A DNA stretch of 64,000 nt from positions 919 to 64,918 of the forward strand of contig JBATEX010000133.1 in assembly GCA_049664225.1 (NCBI GenBank), written 5' to 3'. Position numbers and translations under genes: made by a program. This DNA comes from Thermoanaerobaculia bacterium. GTDB lineage: Bacteria > Acidobacteriota > Thermoanaerobaculia > Multivoradales > JAHEKO01. Numbering within the stretch: the first letter of the stretch is position 1; the number at the start of each line of letters is the position of its first letter. Of the stretch, positions 44,802 to 52,487 are shown one piece after another. The notes beneath the pieces were generated by a model. It was given only the letters and a program-made list of their open reading frames with translations. It was not told the DNA's origin and searched no databases.

Positions 44802-46522
44802 GAAGCCCTCCTGGACGTCGAGGCGATCAGCTCTTCGGCGTGAGACCGGGACAAAGAAGTGACCCGCTTGCCAGCCAGCATTCGAGCCACCTCTTCCACT
44901 CGATCGGGCTTTGTCAGGGAGTCGACCCGAGTGGCGGTTCGGCCGCCACTGACCCGCTTACGGACCTTGAAGTGCCGGTCGGCGTGACTGGCTACCTGGG
45001 CGAGATGGGTTACGGCGAGAATCTGGCCACCGTCGGCAAGGCGCTGCAGCTTGTCGCCGAGAATTGCCGCTTCGGCTCCACCGACACCCGCATCGACCTC
45101 GTCGAAGACCAGCGTCGGTACCTCCCCTCCGCCTTCACCTCGCACTGCCAGTTGCAGGGCCAAATAGACGCGCGACAGCTCACCGCCTGAGGCGCTGCTG
45201 GCCAGCGGCAGCATCTCTTCGCCTGGATTGGCAGCCAGCTTGAAGGTCACCTGGTCGTAGCCGCGAGCCGAGAAGCTAACGGGTTCACCATCGAGCTCGA
45301 GGCGGCTGGCCTCGAGGTGGCGCGTTGACAGCTCGACCTCGAAGCGCGCCTTGGCCATCGCCAGATCTCGCAGCTCCCGGTGCACCCGGTCTTCCAGCTG
45401 CTTGCCCCATTCGACGCGACGGCTCGACAGGTCGGCGGCCGCCTGACGATAAATTTCCAGGGCACCGACCAGCTGCTCCTCCAGCTCGTCCAGCCGCTCG
45501 ACATCTCCTTCCAGCTCCTCGAGCTCCGCTCCGATCCGTTCACGGTGGGCGAGGACTTCCGCTGACGTCTGTCCATACTTGCGAGCTAGCCTGTCGAGGA
45601 CCGCCAGTCGTTCCTCGATGGCGTTCAACCGCTCGGGATCGGCCTCCAGAGAATCGAGACGATGGCGCATTCCCTGGGCCATCTCCTGTAGCTCGATGGA
45701 CATCGTCTCCAGATCCTTGGACCAGATCGCCGATTGCTCTTCCCACTCGGCGATCTCTGATAGCCGTCGAGACGCCATCGAGAGCCGCTCCGAGGCCGAG
45801 CTCTCCTCCTCGAAAAGCAAGCCGAGCGAGCCGCCGAGAGCGGTGCCGATGGCTTCTACGTGACGTTGTAAGTCTCTTTCCGCCTTGAGACCGTCCTCCT
45901 CACCAGCCTGCAACCTGGCAGCGTCGATCTCGCCGCTCTGGAACTTCAGGAGGTCGATGCGCTCCTGTCGCAACCGATCGTCCCCTTCGACGCGTTCGAG
46001 CCTAGTGGCCAGGTCGCGAAAACGACCAAATCGCTCTTCAACCTGACGCAGAGCCTCAACGCCTCTCTCGCCACCCGAACGATCGAGCCATTGCCGCTGC
46101 AAACGAGCCGAGACCAGCCCGAGCTCTTCACGCTGCCCGTGAATCCGAATCAGCTGCGGCGCGAGTCGCGTCAGCAAAGCGAGGGTCACCGGTTGGTCCT
46201 GAACGAAGACGCGGTTGCGTCCTTCGCGATTGACCTCCCGCCGCACGATCAGAGCATCCGAGTCGCTTTGCAGGCCAGCCTCCTTCAGCACCTGGCGCCA
46301 CTGCTCACCTTGCGGCTCGAATACACCCGTCACGGACAGCATCTGTTCTCCTGTCCGAATCAGCTCACTGGTGGCCCGAACTCCAGACAGAAGAGCCAGA
46401 GAGTCGACCACAATGGACTTTCCAGCACCGGTCTCCCCTGTTAGGACGTTCAACCCCGGGCCGAACTCGACGGAGACATCTTCGAGTACCGCCAGGTTGC
46501 GGACATGGAGATCTCGCAGCAC
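44798..46522 (-). CDS. recN: DNA repair protein RecN
   Basis: Walker A GETGAGKS, long coiled coil, and SGGE signature (ASGGELSRV). Start placed at GTG 46522 (VLRDLHVRNLAVL), matching the canonical RecN N-terminus. The ORF-track start is 46633. Confidence 0.9.
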   Translation of the reverse strand: MLRDLHVRNLAVLEDVSVEFGPGLNVLTGETGAGKSIVVDSLALLSGVRATSELIRTGEQMLSVTGVFEPQGEQWRQVLKEAGLQSDSDALIVRREVNREGRNRVFVQDQPVTLALLTRLAPQLIRIHGQREELGLVSARLQRQWLDRSGGERGVEALRQVEERFGRFRDLATRLERVEGDDRLRQERIDLLKFQSGEIDAARLQAGEEDGLKAERDLQRHVEAIGTALGGSLGLLFEEESSASERLSMASRRLSEIAEWEEQSAIWSKDLETMSIELQEMAQGMRHRLDSLEADPERLNAIEERLAVLDRLARKYGQTSAEVLAHRERIGAELEELEGDVERLDELEEQLVGALEIYRQAAADLSSRRVEWGKQLEDRVHRELRDLAMAKARFEVELSTRHLEASRLELDGEPVSFSARGYDQVTFKLAANPGEEMLPLASSASGGELSRVYLALQLAVRGEGGGEVPTLVFDEVDAGVGGAEAAILGDKLQRLADGGQILAVTHLAQVASHADRHFKVRKRVSGGRTATRVDSLTKPDRVEEVARMLAGKRVTSLSRSHAEELIASTSRRAS

Positions 46523-46656
46523 CGGATCTGCCTCGGGTGCCCCTAGGCCAGCCGCCAGACCCACGGGATGGGCCAGGAAAGAAGATCGGATTCGCGAGGT
46601 TCGAGCAACATGGGCGGAGCGAAAGTCTAGCAAAGCCTCGCTCTAGCCACACAGAT

Positions 46657-46690
46657 CGGACATCTTCGATGCGGGCGTCGAAGATGTCCG
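46657..46690 (-). terminator. Perfect 13-bp stem / 8-nt loop hairpin downstream of the crp-like gene
   Basis: CGGACATCTTCGA-tgcgggcg-TCGAAGATGTCCG, starting 22 nt after the stop at 46712. No clear U-tract, so intrinsic-terminator function is uncertain. Confidence 0.45.
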
Positions 46691-46711
46691 ACTACTGAGC
46701 TTGGTTGAAGC

Positions 46712-47407
46712 TTACTGGCAGCGACCAACCAGCGCCTGAACGTCGTGAACCGTGAAACGGTGGGATGGATCGACCGAAATAAAGCCGCTGTCCTTGAAGT
46801 CGACGATGACCTGGTTGACCCGCTCTCTGGAAGCGCCGACGAGCGCCGCCACATCGGTCTGCGTGAGTCGCAGCGGAATTCGCACGTTGTTCGAGGGATC
46901 GGACTCGCCGTACTGCTGGGCGAAAGCCAGTAGCTGCCGTGCCACTCTTCCCCGAACGTCGAGTGTCGACAGGGCCTGGATCTGTTCGTTGGCCAGGCGC
47001 AGTCGCCGACTCAGGAGTCGAACCAGGTTGTAGCTCAGGCCCTTCATGCTCTTGAGACACTGATAGAAGGAGTTGCGATCCATGATCAAGCAGTTGCACT
47101 CCTCCAGCGCGATCACGTTGGCCGACCGTCCGGCGGTGTCCACCATGCTCATTTCACCGAAAGTGTCGCCAGGCCCCAGAAAGGCCAGGATCACTTCCGA
47201 GCCATCGAGCTGGTCGACGTAGATCTTCACGGTACCGTCGAGGAGCACGTAGACCAGATCACCGGGCTGGGCCACGGTGATGATGTTGAGCCCCGTTGTA
47301 AAGGACCGCTTGTGCAACAGGAGATTGAGACGATTGAGATCTTCGGTGCTCAAGCCTTCGAACAGTCCGACTTGGTTCAGAACCTTTACATCATCTACAG
47401 CTGTCAT
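46712..47407 (-). CDS. Crp/Fnr-family transcriptional regulator (cNMP-binding domain plus HTH)
   Basis: cNMP-binding beta-roll (GDTFGEMSM...RSANV) and C-terminal HTH (LTQTDVAALVGASRERVNQVI). No Fnr-type N-terminal Cys cluster. Confidence 0.88.
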   Translation of the reverse strand: MTAVDDVKVLNQVGLFEGLSTEDLNRLNLLLHKRSFTTGLNIITVAQPGDLVYVLLDGTVKIYVDQLDGSEVILAFLGPGDTFGEMSMVDTAGRSANVIALEECNCLIMDRNSFYQCLKSMKGLSYNLVRLLSRRLRLANEQIQALSTLDVRGRVARQLLAFAQQYGESDPSNNVRIPLRLTQTDVAALVGASRERVNQVIVDFKDSGFISVDPSHRFTVHDVQALVGRCQ

Positions 47408-47465
47408 GGTCCACCTCCACCAGAGAGCGAAGGAAAAGAAAGAAACATCCCCCTAAACCGATTGC

Positions 47466-47482
47466 GCTGTAAAGTTTACAGC
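47466..47482. promoter_or_regulatory. 17-bp perfect palindrome GCTGTAAAGTTTACAGC, candidate dimeric regulator operator upstream of the crp-like gene
   Basis: Verified base by base. Centred about 67 nt upstream of the crp-like ATG (47407) in a locally AT-rich 110-nt gap. The loop would be too small for a stable RNA hairpin. Confidence 0.4.
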
Positions 47483-47517
47483 AACTTCCCCATTCCTCGG
47501 GATTCTACATGCTGCAG

Positions 47518-48423
47518 CTAGTCCTTGCGAACTCCCAGCATCGCACGCATGACGTGGATGGCCATCTCGGGGTTCTCCCGCAGCCGCCGGGTGGAGTACG
47601 GGTACCAGTCTTTGCCGTACGGTACATAGACCCGGAGCCGGTGCCCGGCGTCGATCAGAATCTGTCGCAGCTGCTCGTCGACTCCCAGGAGCATCTGGAA
47701 CTCGTAGCGATCCTGTGGCACCTGGTGGCGCTCGAGGAGTGCCACGGCCGCACACACCAGGTACTCGTCGTGCGTCGCGATGGCAGCGTAGATGTCACGG
47801 GCGATCATCTTCTCCAATGCGGCCACGAAGTTGTACCGCACCGTCTCGTAGCCCTTCCAGGAGACTTCCCTGGGCTCGATGTAGATCCCCTTGCAGAGCC
47901 TGACGTTGCCGCCCGTCTCCGGCATCTCCTCGATGTCCTGCAATGTGCGTCGCATGTAGGACTGGAAGACGACGCCCAGGTTGCCGTACTTCGGCTGCAG
48001 CTGGTGATAGATCCGCAGAGTGGCATCGGTGCAGGTGTGGTCCTCCATGTCGATCCGCACGAAGTTGCCGATTGAGGAGGCCGCCGAGGCGATACGCTCC
48101 ACATTGTCGAGACAGAATCCCTCGTCGATTTTCAGGCCCAGAAGCGTGAGCTTGATCGAGACATTCGAATCGACACCCGAGGCTTCGATAGCCTCGAAAA
48201 GCCGGATGTACTCCTCGACCGCTGCTTCGGCCTTGGGGCGCTCGCTGACCTCTTCGCCCAACACATCCATAGTGGCGATAGCGCCCTGGGCATTCAGCTT
48301 GCGAACCTCTTCGAGAGCTTCTTCCAGCGTTTCCCCTGCTACGTACCGCGAGGCCACCTTCCCGACCACGGGTTTGGGTACCAGGGGCAAAGTGGTCACT
48401 ACGAGCCGGCCAAACAGACTCAT
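47518..48423 (-). CDS. Proline dehydrogenase (monofunctional PutA-like)
   Basis: 301 aa. Overall resemblance to the proline dehydrogenase family (N-terminal ...YVAGETLEEA...G....MDVLGE, plus C-terminal RRLRENP). Confidence 0.8.
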   Translation of the reverse strand: MSLFGRLVVTTLPLVPKPVVGKVASRYVAGETLEEALEEVRKLNAQGAIATMDVLGEEVSERPKAEAAVEEYIRLFEAIEASGVDSNVSIKLTLLGLKIDEGFCLDNVERIASAASSIGNFVRIDMEDHTCTDATLRIYHQLQPKYGNLGVVFQSYMRRTLQDIEEMPETGGNVRLCKGIYIEPREVSWKGYETVRYNFVAALEKMIARDIYAAIATHDEYLVCAAVALLERHQVPQDRYEFQMLLGVDEQLRQILIDAGHRLRVYVPYGKDWYPYSTRRLRENPEMAIHVMRAMLGVRKD

Positions 48424-48469
48424 CGTTCCGCTCCGTTGTAAGGGTTAACTCGATGGGTTCGGGGGCCGC

Positions 48470-49813
48470 TCAGCGAGCTGCTTGCGCCTGGCCGCCCGAG
48501 CCATTACCGTCAGGCTCCTCCACCACCCACCTTACCGCACGAGAGCACGGACAAACACCCCCCACACGCCGCAAGCTGGGCATCGTGCGGGCTGCCTCAT
48601 CCCGGGTCAGCTCGGCGGAATCGACGCGGCGAATCATCTGCGCGTAGTCCTTGAAGTCCCTGCCGGCGCGATAACCGTCGGGCAGATGAACGGTCAGATG
48701 CCGAAGATAAGCCTCGACGTCGTCGAAGTTCTCCCCCGCCCAACCGACCATCTTGAAGGCCGGCACGCCGCGACGCCGAAAGAAGTCTCGATGAGGCATA
48801 GAAATAAGCTCTTCCCAGGAGATGCCTCGACTGCTGCCGCCATCCGCCAAGAGCTTTTCGAGCAGCGATTCGGCTTGCGCCAGCGAGAGCTCGGGTAGGC
48901 GCGCTCGAATGAAACGCATGTTCAGGTCGCGAACGACCTTGCCGACCTCCTGGTAATACTGCTCCTGGGCCTCGGCGTTCTTCATCGGCTTGAGACCGTA
49001 ACGCACGTTGGTGCCACCGCCCCGCTCATCGCCGAACATCTCGAGACCCCGCGGCAACCACTTGTTGATCGCCTTCTGGATGTCCTGGGTGGTGATATAG
49101 ACCGAGTCCTGAGCCGCCTTCTCCATCCATCGGCGCAGGGGAACGACCCCGGCAGCCAGGTGAAAGGCCTCCTCTCGCAGCATCTGCGGCATGCTCTCGG
49201 CCATCGGCTTGTAGGCGCTGATGCGCTGCATGGAGAGCTGGTATTTGCCCACCCGATCGATCAGAGCGCAGAACGTCACGTTGTCGATGAACGAGTCGAA
49301 ATCGATGTTGAAGGCACCCAGGATGTGGGAGCCAGTCTGCATCGAGAGGATCTCTTCCACCATCTCCGGCCCCGACTGATCGGTAACGTCGCTCCAGTCG
49401 TCCTCCAGAAGAAGGTGGAACATCTGGTAGCCGTGTCGAAGCTCTTCGGCCATCATGCGGAGAATCCAGAACTGCTCTTCCTCCTCCTGCGCCCTGGCCA
49501 GCGTCAATTGGTGCTGCTGAATCGAGCCGAACTCCGTGCTCGCCTGCGCCTTGACTGCACCCAAGACGTGAAGGCCCTGCTGGTGCTCCATCTCGGCGGC
49601 CTGTCGGAACTTGGTGCTGCCCTTCTGCTCGCCGCACTCGATCTCGTTGCACATTCCCATCTCGCGAAAGGCGCAGAGCTCGAATTGGGTATCCCGCGGG
49701 AAATACCTGTCCCAGTTGTCGAGCAGGAAGTCGTAGTCCGGCAGGTAGGTCTCCTGCCACTTGACGACAGCCTGGTGGAATTTCTTCGGTATGTAGGTCT
49801 TGGTCACACTCAT
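48470..49813 (-). CDS. BoxB/PaaA-like di-iron (ferritin-like) oxygenase family protein
   Basis: Di-iron ExxH motifs AEELRHGYQM and MLREEAFHL. ILGAFN and DRVGKYQL segments match my memory of benzoyl-CoA epoxidase BoxB. Confidence 0.6.
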   Translation of the reverse strand: MSVTKTYIPKKFHQAVVKWQETYLPDYDFLLDNWDRYFPRDTQFELCAFREMGMCNEIECGEQKGSTKFRQAAEMEHQQGLHVLGAVKAQASTEFGSIQQHQLTLARAQEEEEQFWILRMMAEELRHGYQMFHLLLEDDWSDVTDQSGPEMVEEILSMQTGSHILGAFNIDFDSFIDNVTFCALIDRVGKYQLSMQRISAYKPMAESMPQMLREEAFHLAAGVVPLRRWMEKAAQDSVYITTQDIQKAINKWLPRGLEMFGDERGGGTNVRYGLKPMKNAEAQEQYYQEVGKVVRDLNMRFIRARLPELSLAQAESLLEKLLADGGSSRGISWEELISMPHRDFFRRRGVPAFKMVGWAGENFDDVEAYLRHLTVHLPDGYRAGRDFKDYAQMIRRVDSAELTRDEAARTMPSLRRVGGVCPCSRAVRWVVEEPDGNGSGGQAQAAR

Positions 49814-49857
49814 GTTCAGACTCCGGGCCTCTCAGGCCGGAATGAAAAGTATTCCAA

Positions 49858-50307
49858 CTACAGATTCTTGACGAAAGAGCGCAATGGAGCGGGCTCGAAG
49901 CCCAAGCTGTCGAAGAAGCTGGCGATCTCCGTCATCGTCTCGTCGACGAGGGTCCTGACGCTCGAGGCACCCTGGTTTTGGAAGTGGCTCAGCATTCTCT
50001 CAGCGAGTCGCCTACCGATGGCCTGCCCCCGGAGGTCTGGGTCGACTCCCATCACCTCGATCCAGCCCGTGGGCTCCTCGAGACCGAACTCACCGGATCG
50101 GACTTCGCCGAGCATGAAACCGGCGACCTTGCCATCGCGATCGGCCACCACCAGGGCTTCCGGGTCCCGCCTGAGGTAGTAGCCGATCCGGCGCTCCCAA
50201 ATCTCGGGTCGGTACTGCCCACCGATCTTCTCATCGAGAGCCGTGATACCTCCGATGTCGGTGTCTTCCAACTGTCGAATCCGCACTGGGGTCTCTGACT
50301 CGGTCAT
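49858..50307 (-). CDS. GNAT-family N-acetyltransferase
   Basis: Start at MTESETPVRIRQL (ATG 50307). Acetyl-CoA motif RGQAIGRRL; 149 aa. Confidence 0.85.
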   Translation of the reverse strand: MTESETPVRIRQLEDTDIGGITALDEKIGGQYRPEIWERRIGYYLRRDPEALVVADRDGKVAGFMLGEVRSGEFGLEEPTGWIEVMGVDPDLRGQAIGRRLAERMLSHFQNQGASSVRTLVDETMTEIASFFDSLGFEPAPLRSFVKNL

Positions 50308-50536
50308 GAGTATGGCGATCTCCTGGTTGGCCCGGCAGGCCCGAAATGACGTCTTTGAAGCCGCCCCGATTCTAGCCGCTCGCCATGGACTGCGCAAACC
50401 GCTCCAAAAGCAGTGTTCCGATCTCTCTGCAGCACCCGGAACCTCCGAAGAACCGTTGCCAAAGCTGCCGAAGTTGGTCACAATCCCCACCCCCCAGACC
50501 CGGTGGGATCTAAATACGGCAGCCCAGGTGCAGGAA

Positions 50537-51511
50537 ATGGAAAACAGCGGCGAATCCTCTTTGTCCGACAGCCGTTCTCCGGTCGAGGAATCCGACAGAC
50601 GAGGCCTCCTCACCTTGCACCTGGCCTTGCTGGCTGTTCAGGCCAGCTTCAGCGGCCTTCACGTTGTCGGCAAGATAGTCCTGGAGGATGTTGCTCCCCT
50701 GGCCCTCGCCTGTTTGAGAGTGCTCTTCGCCACACCAGTCCTGCTGCTCATCGCGGCCCGACGAGGTGCCAAGGTGCCCGAGCTCCGCTGGCTGCCCAAG
50801 CTGGCCCTGCTGGGTTTCCTGGGTGTCTTTCTCAACCAGGTCCTGTTCATCGTCGGCCTGAGCTACACCACCCCGACCAACGCCGCCATCCTCATGACGT
50901 CGGTCCCGGCCTTCGCGGTGGGGGTGGCAGCGCTCCTGGGTCTCGAGCGCATCGGGCCCTACCGCCTGGCAGGGGTGATCCTGGCGATCTGTGGTGCGCT
51001 GGTGATTCTCGACCCGACACGATTCTCTCTAGGTGAGAGCAGCCTGGTCGGCAACCTGCTGATCCTGCTCAACTGCCTCAGCTTTGCCACCTTTCTGGTG
51101 CTACAGCGCCCGATCCTGCGCCATCTTCCCTGGCAGACTGTGATCGCCGGCGCCTTCGTGTTCGGCAGTCTCGGGGTTCTGGCTGTCGGAGGCACCACCC
51201 TGGGACAGCTCTCAGTCAGCAGTCTTGCTGCTTCAACCTGGATGGGCATCCTCTACATCATGGTCTTCCCGACCACCCTGAGCTACCTGATCAACTCGTG
51301 GGCCATCCAACGATCTTCAGCCCTTCTGGCCGCAGCTTACACCACGCTCCAGCCGCTCCTCACGGCTCTGCTATCGAGCCTGTTTCTGTCCGAGATCTTG
51401 ACCTGGCGCCAGGCGATCGGCTTTGCCCTCATCGCTTCGGGACTGTGGTTCGTCAGCTGGCGGGCTGGCCGGGGCACAGCGAGAGCGTCCACCCCTGCAA
51501 GTCGCTCCTGA
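50537..51511 (+). CDS. DMT-superfamily (EamA-like) transporter
   Basis: Ten predicted TM helices in two EamA-like repeats. Start placed at ATG 50537, because the ORF-track 5' extension is antisense to the GNAT gene. Confidence 0.82.
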   Translation: MENSGESSLSDSRSPVEESDRRGLLTLHLALLAVQASFSGLHVVGKIVLEDVAPLALACLRVLFATPVLLLIAARRGAKVPELRWLPKLALLGFLGVFLNQVLFIVGLSYTTPTNAAILMTSVPAFAVGVAALLGLERIGPYRLAGVILAICGALVILDPTRFSLGESSLVGNLLILLNCLSFATFLVLQRPILRHLPWQTVIAGAFVFGSLGVLAVGGTTLGQLSVSSLAASTWMGILYIMVFPTTLSYLINSWAIQRSSALLAAAYTTLQPLLTALLSSLFLSEILTWRQAIGFALIASGLWFVSWRAGRGTARASTPASRS

Positions 51512-51515
51512 AGGC

Positions 51516-52466
51516 TCAACCGGCAGCGGCCACATGCTCGTGAGCGTGATAGCTGCTTCGCACCAGGGGACCGGACTCGCAATGCTCGAACCCGAGAGAC
51601 AGGGCAAAGCTCCGGTAGCTGCCGAACTCTTCAGGGTGCACCCATCGATCGACGGGAAGATGGGCCGGAGTCGGCTGCAGGTACTGGCCGATAGTCACGA
51701 TTTCCACACCGGCTTCTCGGATGTCCCGCAGGGTCTCTTGAACCTCTTGTGAGCTTTCTCCCAGCCCGACCATGATCCCTGTCTTCAGGCGCCCTGAGAA
51801 CTCACCGCCGTCCTGGCGCGCAGCAACCGACTCCAGCAATTCCAGAGAACGCTCGTATCGGCTTCCGGGTCTCGCCGTCCGGTAGAGCCGGGGTACGGTC
51901 TCCATGTTGTGGGAGAAGACCTCCGGAGCGGCACCCAGAACGATGTCTACGGCCTCTGGCACGCCCCGGAAATCGGGGGTCAGTACTTCGACGGCGGTAC
52001 CGGGAGTGCGTCGATGAATGGCCTCGATGACCCTGGCGAAATGCGCCGCTCCACCATCGGCCAGGTCGTCCCGATCCACCGAGGTGACGACCGCATGTCT
52101 CAAGCCCATGGCCGCGACCGCTTGGGCGACGTGCCCTGGCTCGTCCTCCTCCACTCCGGGTCGAGGTCTGCCTGAGGTCACTGCACAGAAACCGCATCGG
52201 CGCGTGCAGATGTCGCCCAGAATCATGAAGGTGGCCGTGCCGTGCTCCCCCCAACACTCGTAGATGTTGGGGCATCGGGCCTCCTTACAAACCGTGTTCA
52301 GGCTCAAGCCCTCGACGAGGCCGTTGACCTCGTGGTAGCGCCGGGGCGTCGAGAGCCGAATGCGAAGCCAATCCGGGCGGGGCTGCCGGGAAGAGTCGGC
52401 TGATTGGCTCTCGCCGATTTGGATCAGAGAGTCGGACACGGGAGCCCCGATTCTATAGGACCGCAA
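51516..52466 (-). CDS. lipA: Lipoyl synthase
   Basis: CKEARCPNIYEC (CX4CX5C) and radical-SAM CTRRCGFC motifs. Confidence 0.93.
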   Translation of the reverse strand: MRSYRIGAPVSDSLIQIGESQSADSSRQPRPDWLRIRLSTPRRYHEVNGLVEGLSLNTVCKEARCPNIYECWGEHGTATFMILGDICTRRCGFCAVTSGRPRPGVEEDEPGHVAQAVAAMGLRHAVVTSVDRDDLADGGAAHFARVIEAIHRRTPGTAVEVLTPDFRGVPEAVDIVLGAAPEVFSHNMETVPRLYRTARPGSRYERSLELLESVAARQDGGEFSGRLKTGIMVGLGESSQEVQETLRDIREAGVEIVTIGQYLQPTPAHLPVDRWVHPEEFGSYRSFALSLGFEHCESGPLVRSSYHAHEHVAAAG

Positions 52467-52487
52467 GTCGCCTCGAGTCCTCGGCCC

